This document shows, in pieces, positions 22,511 through 34,773 of a stretch of DNA of 37,056 nt. This stretch comes from Cercozoa sp. M6MM. Taxonomy: Eukaryota > Protista > Endomyxa: Ascetosporea. Both the position numbers and the translations under genes were made by a program. Below the pieces are notes generated by a model. That model saw only the letters and a list, made by a program, of their open reading frames with translations. It was not told the origin of the DNA and did no database searches. Each line of letters starts with the position of its first letter. Within the stretch, counting starts at the first letter, position 1. The DNA is taken from NCBI GenBank assembly GCA_040357565.1, contig JBDODJ010000114.1; one strand, given 5' to 3'.

Positions 22511-23877
22511 ATGGATGGATTCTTTGACCCCAGTCAAACTGACCATTTGCAGTTGCTTGGCCACGACCTCGTGCAGTCGGGTAAAGTGGACGTGCACTCG
22601 ATCGTTTCGGCATCGCAGTCGACACTGCTACACTCTGCCGCGTGGTTTCTCCGCAAACGGGTGCGAACAGTTTTGCTTCTTTCAGTTCAGTTAAAACTAA
22701 GTTTAATTTTAAAGCTGATAGTTGTTCATGAAAGCAGGCGGTGAAAGCGTTGCTTAATCTCGGTGCAGATGCGAACGCTAGGACTCTCAAGGTACCCCGC
22801 TTCTTGCAAAGGGGCATTCGTAACTGAAGTGCGAAAACTGGTAAGTGAAGGGTTTCACACCGTTGCACTTTGTCTGCGAGAACCTCGATCGCCCAAACGC
22901 GAGGGAGGCAAGTTTACATTGCAACAACCGAGACTTTACTCTACTTTCGAAATGTATGAGCTTGTTTGAAAACAGGTCGCTCAGTTGTTGATAGAACATG
23001 GCGCTGATGTGTACTTGCGCACCTACACGGACAATCGCAGCAGCGTCGACATGGCCGCGAGTAACAACGCAGCCGACTTTATCGAGCAGTTGTTCCACCG
23101 CGCACAAGGCTCGGATCTGGAGTAAGTTACCACAAACTTCAAAATCTGCAGTATCCTTTGAAACAACTGAATGATGTCATGATGCAAAGGGAACACCGTA
23201 CGCAACTGAACGCAGACGAACGCGAAGTGCTGCTCAACGAACTCGCAGTGCAAAAGGAGGAAGCCAAGCGTCTCTTTCAGGGTAGTTCTAAACCATGTTT
23301 TTATAAAACAAGTTCGAATCAGATAGAGCAAACTTCCATATTGGCAGTGCTCCAAAGTATGTTTCTTGGCGACGTCGACAAAGTCAGCGCGAACAAAGTC
23401 AAGGAAGTATGTTACATTCCTTTCTGCTTGGACCGCATCAGTTTATCGAATTAATCCGACTGAAACTGGGTAGATGCTGTCGAAATCAGCAGCGCGAGGA
23501 GTGCAGGTACCGCTCGATGCGCCAATCTCCAAGAACGCGAACTTGCTCATGACTGCAGTTTGGTGGCGTCGACAGGACCTCGTTCAAATCGTACTTTACA
23601 CTTTCTTCATTTGCTTTTCGAACTGCTGTAATCAAGGCACACTGCTCATCAGTTGCTGCAACACGGAGCCTCACCGAATGCGCAAAACAGCGAAGGTCTG
23701 GGCCCGCTCGACTATGCACTGCAGCAGGCACACAAACCGCGCGGAATCGAATCGCTCAAGGCGCTGCTGGATGCCGGTCAGTTCCGCTGTTCAGTCGACA
23801 CACACACACACACATACACGCACGCACACACACACACACACACACGCACACATACGCACACACATATACATCTGTAA

Positions 23878-23914
<37 letters not shown>

Positions 23915-24074
23915 ATCTATACGACTGTAAGTGCATGCAGGTGCGGATGCGCGACAGGTGGACACCAAGAGGTACGCCGATCGCGCCGTGCGAGCACTGC
24001 TGACGAAAGCGGTGCGACGACAGAGCACTCAAGTAGACAAACCTGCAATCGCTGCCCTTGCACTTGAAGAGAAC

Positions 24075-24122
<48 letters not shown>

Positions 24123-24222
24123 NNNNNNNNNNNNNNNNNNNNNNNNNNNNNNNNNNNNNNNNNNNNNNNNNNNNNNNNNNNNNNNNNNNNNNNNNNNNNN
24201 NNNNNNNNNNNNNNNNNNNNNN

Positions 24223-24262
<40 letters not shown>

Positions 24263-24265
24263 TGT

Positions 24266-24301
<36 letters not shown>

Positions 24302-26815
24302 TAGGTACCTTCGGTGGAAGCGTTGTTGGCGGCTAAGAAAGTCTACGCAGTCGACAGGTGTCTTGCTTTCAAACTGCTTCTAGGTCGTTAAGTTGACTGA
24401 AGGAAAGAATGGCAATGCCATGTGAGCAGACGAGGCGAGGAGCACACGGCAGAACTCGCCTTGTTGCGCAAACTGCAGCAGGTTGCTTTCTTTGTGTCTC
24501 TCAACTGGAACCGTACCTTTTAATGCATCGAGTAGGGCAAGAAGACAGCGGCAACGCGAGAGTTGGATTCGCTTCTGCAGCAACAACGACAGTTCGACTC
24601 GACTCGTCGACAGCAACAGCGGCAGCAGCAAGGTGCAGCTTCTTGTTTGCACTGCAGTAATTAATCAGGCGAAACTATGATCGTGCAACTGATCCAAGTG
24701 CAGAGGAACTGCAAGCCATGCTGCTGAGAGGCACTGCGCCCACTCTCGAAACACAGCGTGCTCTCCAAGCACTCCAGCAGCAGCAGGCACTGGCCGAGGT
24801 GGGGCTTTCGTAAGCATTGTGAGAACATTCCTTGAGAGTTGTTGTTCTTGCAACAGTCGGCGCAACGCATGCAACTCTCCAGTGCCGAAAGCGCTATGCT
24901 GCGCAAGCTGCGAGCCGGCAAGGAAACTGCCGCACAACGACGCGTGCTGACAATGGCCCACGAGGCCGAACGGTTGCATATCTCGCATTCAGTTCATTTC
25001 AGTCAAACTGAAGACAAGAAAGTTAAGACCGGCTGTTTCGTGACTGCACAGACAGCAACAAGCGCTGCTGCAGCTACAGCAAGACGAAATGCGAAAACAA
25101 CAGCAGCAGATTGAACTGTTGAAGCAGCGCCGAGGTGCTTTCACCTTTTGCACTCTTATTTTTTTTTTTTACATGTTCAGTCACACGCTTCTCCAGGTGC
25201 ACTGGGAGTGCGAACTCGCGACGAATTGCGCAACTTGGCGCAGCAGCAGGTTTGTTTTAAATGTTGTCCTGGATGACTTGACCTCTCGCCATTGATAATG
25301 AACATTCGTCTGCAGATGTCAGTTCGATCCGAACTCGAGCGGCAGCAGGTCGAATGCACTTTTCCGTATTTCTTTTGAAGGCATAAGTTCACATCAGTTG
25401 GTTCGTTGTGAATGGAATTCAGGCAATGGCAGAAGCGGCACTGCTGCGGAAACTGCAACGCAGAAGAGGCGGTACTGAGACACTTTTCCGCTGTATTACT
25501 GGTAGGCAAACTTGTACACGAACTGAACAGAGGCAGGCGAAACGATGCAACTGATCGATCAGCTCACACGTGCTGCTGCTGGTCGAGGTAAGACTTCAGT
25601 ACACAGGTTAGTCCTTGTACGATCACGTGCTATATACAGACCAACTGCTCGGCGCACAGGAAGCTGCACAGTCGGTAGGTTGAAACATACCACAATTGCA
25701 AATGGTAAACTGTGTTAGTGTTGCCGTAGAAACTGCTGCTCGAGAAACTGCGACGAGGTCGACAAACGCAGCGGTGAGTTTTCAGTTTCCGTTTCGTGCT
25801 TTAGCTTTTTGAAAGGTTGCTGACTAAACTGTGGACTGACTGAGGTGTGGCATAGTGGCGAACGCGACTCGCTGCTGTTCCACGAACCACTCGCTCTCGT
25901 GAGTGACTTTGACGTCTCCACACGGTGCAGTTGTGTTCTTATGGCACTTGTCATTCCTTTCGATCTGAACTGACACACACTTGCAGGTCAGTCAAGTGGT
26001 TCTTTGATCGTTTCACTCGTGCGAACGAACGACGCATGTCGCCGCAGCAACTGCGGCGAGTCTATTTGCACATCATGCACGATCTCGATGGTGAAGACAC
26101 GCTGCTGCTAAGACTTCAGTCTGTATCAGTTTACTTTCACTCGCAGAAGACGAGCTGCCAGACGACGGCAGTCGCGTGAGTGTGCCGCCATTTCTGTCAC
26201 TTCGTGTGGCACGAATCGTTGCCGACAACAGCACTGGTACTTTACACCACTAGTCGTATACGTCGCCTACTCAGTTTATTCGTGGCACCACATGACAGGG
26301 CACATCTCGGAAGACGAGTTTCCGGAAGCCTTGCGAATGCTGCACGTCGAGTTCTTTCGCTATCGCAAGTACAAAACTGACTTTTTTTCTTCCAATCAAC
26401 TGCTAACAATATCTTGCTTCGTGTATAGTGCCTACTGGAGCTTCCGCAGCATGGACCTTTTTCAGTGGGTAAAACTTGACCAGTCGCACTGTGCTGACCT
26501 TCCTGCCTAGAGAGCTGTCATGTCGAAAGGGTATCTCGGTAAATGCCGACACGTTGCGCCTGCTGTTCCTCAACTTTGCCGTGTCACCTCTGTTCGGCGT
26601 ACACGACGAAAACGTGAGTTCAGTTCGGTCAGCTTTCAACTAAATTAAATCACGACTTAATGTGCTTCTTCTTGTGAACTTACTAGGACGCAAAGAAGCT
26701 GTTTCAGCGGTTTCGCGAACGATTCGCGCAGCAGGTTTCAGCCGCCGACGTTGGTACCAAAGCATCGAGAATCTGGGCCCAATACAATGAAACTATGTCT
26801 CGCTGTGTAACTTAG
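22511..26815 (+). CDS. Ankyrin-repeat protein with central coiled coil and C-terminal EF-hand-like motifs (may be two genes, given the gap)
   Basis: Ankyrin signatures TLLHSAAW..|AVKALLNLGADAN, GFTPLHFVC..|VAQLLIEHGADV, LLQHGASPNAQNSEGLGPLDYA and LKALLDAGAD. Q/E/R-rich exons at 24.3-25.8 kb. ADNST|GHISEDEF resembles an EF-hand loop. TAG at 26813-26815. Confidence 0.8.
24123..24222. other. Assembly gap (100 N) within a (TG)n tract
   Basis: N run. Confidence 1.
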
Positions 26816-26848
26816 GCACTGAGGTTCCATGTATGCTTGGTCTCATGT

Positions 26849-27928
26849 ATCGCAACGACACGGTGACTTGCCCTTGCGTGCGTGGTTTGATTTCGGTAGT
26901 TCACACACCTGAGCAGAACACATCCCAGGCTTCGAAGCAATCGCTCTGCCGAGGCTACGTGACGTGGCATGTTCTGCGCGATGCCCTGTTTCCCTCAGCG
27001 CCGCTTTCCGAAGACGATTAGTGGTTTTTGCTCCGGCGTTTTAGATGAGTCAATGGTGTAGAAACAAACAAAAGAAACTGACACCTCTTCGATGGTCATA
27101 GCGGACCAAGCTGCGGTCAGTTAGGACAGTGCAACCGACAATTGCGACGAGTGCACTTGCGGCAATTGCGGGAAGCTGCGAGCCACTGCACTTGTCCATC
27201 TGGAACGTGTAGGCAGTGGATTCCGGACCATCGTAGCCGCACTGTGCGATACGCTGCTCGTCGTAGGTCTTGCATGCCTCCGGGGAGTAGTCGTGCACGT
27301 TGACAATGCGCTAAAGTTGTGCCAACTTAAAACTATTCAGTTTGAATTTCGAACTGAGTCAGAAACTGAAAGGGAACGAACCGATGTCCCAGCAGCAACA
27401 TCGCCTTGGGCCTCCCACGTGATCACGGCCTCCGTCTAAACTCAACTCGCTTATTTCTTAGCTTCTGTGCTTGTGAGTGGCGAGAAATGAGCGCAGTAAA
27501 TTTACGCAGGTTTCGTAGTACGGCACTCCCAAGTCGCCCGTAACGGTTAGCGCGTCGCAGTCACAGTCTGTCGAGTTCGGAGCTGCCGTCACGGTATTGT
27601 TTTGCTCAATTGGAATGCTGAACAACAGCGTCGTTAGTTTGGGTATTTGATAATTATGGAACATTGTTAAGTCTCGCAGTAAGTTGAATTTACCAGCCCA
27701 TGTAGCACGATTGGAGTGCAGTTTGGTGATTTTCGTACAGTTCAGAGTTTCTCATGGTGTCCTTTGCCGTTGAGCAGTCTGCAGGTTGCTCCAGCGTGCT
27801 GTGCGCGAGCAACCAAAGTTAAAAACAACTGAAAAAGTGAGCTGAGTGTCTTGATCGATGCCGTACCAGTCTGCAGCCAACGTTTGACCGAACAACACAG
27901 CGCTGGCGAGAGCAAAGAGTTTCAGCAT
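26849..27928 (-). CDS. Cys-rich secreted or surface-anchored protein
   Basis: Signal-like MLKLFALASAVLFGQTLA. Spliced exons give C-TLEQPADC...SCYMGC-IPIEQNNT...DCDC...ETC|...ACK...QCG...KC, then hydrophobic LPAIAASALVAIVGCTVL. The 3' end is uncertain: 27050 if unspliced, about 26849 if a last exon is used. Confidence 0.68.
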
Positions 27929-28321
27929 AAGGCGGTGAAGGATGCAGGAGACGAGTGGAAGAGGGAGATTTGCAAACTTAGCCACTTTGCTGCAGTGTCT
28001 GCCAGACACTTGCTTCCGCGCGGAAAGATGGGTTCCAAGTTGTTTAGTAGATTAAGCCGAGCGGCACAAACAACTAAACTTAAAGCGTGTTTCAAACCTC
28101 AGGTGGGCGGTACCTGATTGTACGGTAGATTTACTTGCCTCGAAGAACCCCGCCATACCCGGTTTACTGGATGCGCGAGTTCAATTCCCCGGGTTTGAGT
28201 CTAAACTTAGTAAATTTGCATGCACCCTGAAATCCAGATTTATGACTGGTTCATTTTCAGTTGGACCGAAGCTGACCAGAAAAATGGCACTGGACATTAG
28301 ATGAAAGAAAGAAGACATGGC

Positions 28322-30532
28322 TCAATTAATCTCGTGGCCTCGTTGCTGGTAGGTGCGCATGAGCGAAAGGACCCCCATGCCCATGTTGGAAGCGGTGGAG
28401 CCGCCAAATTCGCTTTGATATCGCATGCCGGGTCTATATAAACTTAAAGTCAGTTACGGGCAATTTTCAAACTGAAAAAGGAAGAACGTACGCAGTGCTT
28501 TGCATGGTAGACATGACGTTCGAGTCCAACTCAGAGATGTGCGACATGCGGTACTCATCATCCTGTGTCGTATCGATACCGTCGAGGTTGTTGCCAGTGT
28601 CGTAGTCGCGGTTCGACATGCGTCGTGTTCGGGCGAGGTCTTGCTTGAACATGGCATCGGCGAGCTGTTGCAGAGCAGAGTTAGTTTAAGTTTAGTTTAA
28701 CATCATCTTACAACGTATCAGTCGGATGAGTGTATGTACACTGAGTCGATGATTGAGTCGTTTTCGCGCACGTTCCAAGAGTTCTACAATCACCCTCTCT
28801 CATGCAAAACAACTGAAAGAGCAGAGGCGTACCTCTGTCCTGTCTCGTGGCCATGTCCAAAGCTGCTCGTACTCTCCTGCGCAGCATCGTGTGGCGCGAG
28901 CAACGCAGCTGGTGCGTCCACGCAAAGGCACTGAAAACACACGCATAGGCTAGGAGGGGGTCACATTCAGTTAAAGGTTCAACTGACCTGATGAAGGTGG
29001 GCAGCGAGTTGAATAACGACGGCGCTAGTACGACGGCCAGCACGGCACTGAGTGGCGACATGACACTGCCCAGTACGAGCGAGCAGCCGCTGCACAACAC
29101 GATGAACAGCTGCGCCACCACAGAAGCTGAACATAGGTTGCAACCGCAAGGGACAGCAAGTACGATACCAACAGCCAGGTCCACTTTTGTGCAGTCAGAA
29201 TGCGACGCAATCGCTCCAGTCGTTGTTCGGCGGATGCCGTTTGTGCCTGTGCACAGGGCCTTGTTTCATGTTATAGAATGACAGGAAACCTGAGGTACCT
29301 TGGTGCCCCAGGAGATATCGTCGAGTTTCGCTATGGAAAAGGACGTGCTCACCAGTGTCCAGCCCTGCGAAAGGAAGGAAGTAGGGTATGTGCTGAGTCG
29401 AAGTAACATCATTGCACAGACCTACCTGCATGACAAATAGACGCATCACGATGCTCTGCAACACGAGCGACAGCATCGAGTCGCGGCGCAGATTGCCTGC
29501 AGCTCGCACCTACATGTTTCACAGGTGTACACACTAGTACACCTGCAGTGCCCTTCGGCTCGGTTACCACAAAGACAGGCGACAGCACATTGACGCAGAC
29601 AAAGGGCAGCATGAGCAGTAGCACATGCCATGCGCGCACGTCTTGACCCATCGCGACGCCATCCAGCGGCCACATGGCACGCGCCGAAAACAGTGCCACC
29701 AACACTCCGAACAAAGTGAATACCGTCCATGCCAGCACTGTGCCAAGAGCTCAATTGCATTGCAACGATGCAACCTCCAAAAGGATACTGCAGTGTGTAC
29801 CATGCAGACGAATAACCCAGCGTTTCTTGACATCGCCCAGAGCACACAGCAGCAGGTGCGAGATCCAGAACACATGTGACACCAACACACAGACCTGCAG
29901 GTATGGAAGGCATCGCTCATAAACACGAAGGGAAAAGACACGTGCAGTAGATTACCAACGAGGCCAACAACGGCACGGTTCGCATCAGTTCGCTTTTGTC
30001 GCTGGCGACGCTGGCCGAGTCGTCGAGTCGCCCGTTGTCGCTCCAGTCGGCGTACACGCGGTTCCACGCCTGTGCAGATGTGGGGAGTAGTTCCACTCCA
30101 AGTAGGTACGTCAGACTACAGTAGCTCGTACCTGGAGGTAGCTCACAGTGTCGGCAGACTCGACCAGTGGCGAGCTCGGCGGAGTCCACCTGTTGCGTAC
30201 CTTGCTATACGAACTAAAGGAAGACAGAGGTAGGGTACCTGCCCATCAGGAGGTCGGCAATGCCAGGAGCGACGACACCGCCCATCATGGAGAGCATGAT
30301 CATGCCACTCAACTAATACACAGGGCGCATCTTACACTCGCAGTACAAACACAAGGACGAGGGTACCACCGACATCAGCGTCACCAACTGCGACTGAATC
30401 AGCACCAGCGACATCAGCACTCGCCGTCGGAAGGGCTGCATGCACCGTGCCTCGGTGATGTCGCCTTCGTCCTGCCTGCGTGGCCATCGCCACAGCAAGT
30501 ACAGTCTCGCCAGTGACCAAACCATTGCCTAC

Positions 30533-30585
<53 letters not shown>

Positions 30586-33500
30586 TGTGTGACATGGTTG
30601 GTGTGCGACCGCACTGTGAAGGTGCATGTGTACCACGATAGAGCCGTTGTTCCACCGACGGCGCTGACGCAGGAAAACCGCGAGCGACCCTGGAACGTCC
30701 GTATAGGCCGCGGCATGTGCCAGGAAACTGTTATTAGTCCATTGTAATTATCAACACATGTTACACATGCTCAGGATGTACCTGCAGTGAGAGCCGCGAG
30801 CAGCACGTGTCACAATCGTCAGAGGCAACAGACGGTCCTCTGCCATACCGAGATTGCGCGACCACATCGACGGCAATGCTCGTGCCAGCCTATTCCCTTA
30901 CAGGTAGTTTTTCCCAGTACCCTTTTATTGTGTAAATAGAGGTACACGTAGAACTGTTCGAGCGGACGCGCTGCGCCTTCAGCCACTTGTGCCACGCGAT
31001 TGGGCACCACGAGGGCTGCTCGGTCCTGTGCCTGCGCTCACTCATCACCTCAACATACACATGCATGCTTATATATACATATATATCTAGAGCATTTGAA
31101 AGATAGGGGCACCTCCTGGTAGTCAGCAACGTCGTCGAGTGCTTCGACCTTGAGTCCGCACTCGCGCAGGTGCTGCAGAAACTTCTTCTCCTTGTCGCTG
31201 CACAAAAGAACGGGATGGTGGACAGCAATTTACTATCAGTGCTCACAAGAATGTGCAATACCCTTGACCGGCGAGAGTGTAGCGCACGTGAAAACGCGGC
31301 AGAATGGCGTGCGACTCATTCAGCACGAGCAGCTGTCCGTCCACCAGGAAGAAGCGGCAGTCGTCGAACTTGTGCGGAGTCATGCGCACGCTGTGCATCT
31401 CCTCCTCTCGTACCAGTGTTCCAATGGTGCCGATACGCGACATTGCCAGTTCGTGTGGCAGAGGAGTCTGTAAATTTACATACAATAAAAATATCAATGT
31501 AATATATGTATGCGTAAGTTGTTCCACCTTTATCGGACCTCCTCGCAAGTGGTACCGCAGCTTCTGTTTCCTCAGGTTGTCCTGGCGACGTTGCGCACGT
31601 AACGTATTGTCCGTTCTGCTCGAGACACAACACGTGACTCACAAGAGAATACACAAGCTGTTGCTGATACCGATCGAGTCGCTGGTCGACTGGAGCGAGT
31701 TGTTTCAACACGTCCCTGCACCACCAACACACACAACAACAACGTCACACCTTGGTGTCGAAAGAGACAGCAGGGAGTATATACCCTGGAGTGACGGTGC
31801 TGCTGCTGACAACTGCGTGTCCACTTTCTTGGTCCGTGTCGGTCAGTCGGTCCTCGACGTAGAGCGAGTTGTCGGCGACGTCGTCGATCGTGGTGCCAAA
31901 GTCGAGAGCAATCTGGTCGAAACTGAAGTTTCCCGAATCCACCTCGCTGTTGCCGTTACTGTTAGCAGAGGATGCACCACTGTCATTCACGTCATTAGCC
32001 ACACCATCAGTCACTCCATCATCAGTGACACCGTCAGTGACATTGTCAGTGACACCGTCAGTCACATCATCTGTTCCACCATCTGTGATACCGTCAGTGA
32101 CACTGTCGCTGCCGCCGTCCTTATTGGACTGGTCGAACGAGCGACCCATGGTGGAGAAGTCGTCGTGCGACAACTCTAGTCGCACCTGTACGTGTTCGAC
32201 AGTGCTCACGTCGCTGCTGTCATCGCTGCTGTCGTCGCTCATGTCACCTGTGGCACCGCCCCTTTCGCTGCTTTCCTCATCGTCACCACTGCTGCTGTTG
32301 ACGTGTCGCACAACAGCCGCTGGCAGCTGCGCTTCGTTCTCCTCCGTGTCGAAAAAGGGATCGCGTCCCAGCGTGCCATCCACGCCACTCAGAAAAGAGT
32401 TCTCCATGTGGATAAAGCCTGTGGCATACGTGTTTGCTTGTGCGCTCCCTGACCGAACGAAGAGTGGCCATAGGTTTTTACAGCCTGTATGACAAAACAA
32501 GTGCAACATACGAAGGTAGGCATCGCGCTGCTCGGCCAGTGCACTCCAGCGAAAGGCGGAGAAGGCACCGGGCGCAACCGGCGTTAACCCGGCCACGTGC
32601 TCGACTCCCTTGAGAAAGAAGCCGGCGGCGTACTCCCAGATCTGAAACCTCCCCAGCGCCGACCGCTCGGCCAGTGCGTCCGGCATTATCAGTGTCGATG
32701 CCTTCGTACAAACACGTGTAATGCAGACATACTGGTTTACACGTCTGCTAGTGTACACAAGCAACGCGACCGCCGTCGCGACTATCTCGTTGACGGAAAC
32801 TGCAGAAGGAAACTCTGTCAGAAAACCGAGGCTTGTATAAAGGAAAAGGATGGGATACTTTTCAACAAGCGAGACGAGTGCCGTGGGATCAGTAAAGGTG
32901 CCGACGTCAAAGTTGATGATGGCCGACGGGTGGATGCCTGCGCATACGACGTCGTACATCCAGATGTGCGAGTCGAGCTTGCCACCGTTGCGTTCCTTGA
33001 GTGCCACGCACAGGTTTAACGGGGCGTACGTGAGGTACCTGCAACAAGGACACACTCCAAGTTGGTACATGTCACATGGACAGTATGAGTTACGTGCGCT
33101 TGGTTTTGCCCGAGTCGGAAGCGACGGTGTGCTCGAAGTTGGCCGACGCGTTCTTTGGTGTTGTGGCTGCTTTGTGCACCTGCTCCGTCACTGCTTTGTC
33201 AGTCGGAAGCTCCACGACTCGCTGGAAGCGCACTCGACTCTCGAAGACGTGGAGACGTTGCACATTTCTTGTGCTGTATGTGTGTTGTTAACAAGCAAAC
33301 TTCAGTAGCCTACCAAGATAAGAAGAGAGTAATTTACTCAGCTCCATCGCCGCCATCGACAGCGTCGATGTGTTTCGCGAGTGTGCCCAAGTCGAGGATA
33401 CCCATGTAGTCGAGTGCTTTCATGGTACCCGGGTCAGCATTGCGCATACCGTCCATCACGATCCATACCTGTGGTACCGTGCGGGCATGTATAATATATA

Positions 33501-34317
33501 TTCAGTTAAAGCTAAAATGACTGGAAGGACTATTTACCGAGATGCCTCGCCACGCGCGATCGCTGCCGCGCAGTGTGCACAGCACGGAGACGTTTTGCGC
33601 GATGGAAGCCAGTGTCATAGCGAGCTGTTCCCACGGCTCGTTGTACATTAAGATCGCGATGCACACCTCATTGTGCTGCGGCCCGAGGCCGTCGAGCAGG
33701 TGCCAGCGCAGAGGCGCCACTCGCATCGCTGCCGCTGCACGACGCACCCTTCACACAGAGCCAGGTTCGTCGTGATAAGCTAACAAGTAATAGTCTGAGA
33801 GAGAAAGCTACATTGCTGCTCGTCCACCGGCGATCGAGCTTTCTACACAGGAGTAAAACTCCGGCATTTTCTTTTTGTGCTTCTGCTCGCTTTTCGCAAA
33901 GAAGCGCAAGTGCCGGGGCAATTGCGCCTCGTGCTCGCGCTCTTGTTTGCGCATCGCTTCGTCGACTTCCTCGGCCGACATTAGCAGCTCTACGAGTCGT
34001 CCGTTATCATGCTGTGGCACATGTCGGCGACGCCGTTGTTTCGGCTTCGAGTTTGACTGAGTTGACTCGCTTGCTTGAGAGCCTGGGTGCTGTCCTTTCG
34101 CTTGCGCAGTGCGCCCATAGCGAGAGGCCTCGCGATAGTAGCGATTTGGAAGCTGACTTCGCGTAGCTTGCGTTCTACGCTGTGCGCCTCGATTTCTTCG
34201 CTCGTTTCGTCGGGATGTGTGGCTTTCGGGAGGTTCTACGCTCTCGGGATCCTCGGCGATGATAGGCAGCTCGACCGATGACTCGTTCAGCGGAATGCCG
34301 TATCGGCTCCGGGACAT
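28322..34317 (-). CDS. CHS: Chitin synthase (GT2), multi-exon, with large insertion in the catalytic domain
   Basis: Ordered motifs ILMYNE (about 33640), VWIVMDG (about 33460), KERNGGKLDSH (about 32980), FDVGT (about 32905), FQIWEY, PGAFSAFRW (about 32560), NLGMAEDR (about 30840) and TDVP..LRQRRRWNNG (about 30660), followed by multiple hydrophobic TM exons. Terminal TGA at 28322-28324 is inferred. Confidence 0.92.
31985..32108 (-). repeat. 12-bp coding repeat encoding (VTDG/VTDD/VTDN)n within chitin synthase
   Basis: SVTDGITDGGTDDVTDGVTDNVTDGVTDDGVTDGVAND in the 441-aa ORF. Confidence 0.85.
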
Positions 34318-34773
34318 CGCAAGAGCTCGCTCTCGAGCTGTTAAAACGAAGTTTACTGCCTAGATGCACCTAATAGTAGCTCCTAGCTCTCAAGCGACCT
34401 TGCGCTGTGCCAAGCTCGTTGAGAAACTGGCGGCAAAGAAACGCTCCTGTCTGCCATTTTCACGCGATTGATACCGGGAGGTAAAGTCCTGCAGCGGTAC
34501 AGGCAGCACACATCTAACAATTCTAGCAATCCGAGTACTGTCCCATGAGAACCCGAACTCGGCAATGGTCGATCGGCGCACCCTTAACCTTGGCGTGTGT
34601 GAAACAGGAACGTTGGTCGACCGACGGCCCAAGAAGCTCCCTCAAGCGCTACAGCGTCTGCACAGCAGTTGCAATCGCCCAAGTGTTCCATCAGTGTCTC
34701 CCTCTCGTGAGCTAAGCTCGAGCAGCGACTGCGTGGAGACAACTTCTCACCGACATTTTTTGTGTTCTCGACC

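Noticed and set aside
30966-32537. Intein in chitin synthase
   Set aside because: No C/S-start block, no HN-C/S/T end and no LAGLIDADG motif; the insert is largely low-complexity and contains introns.
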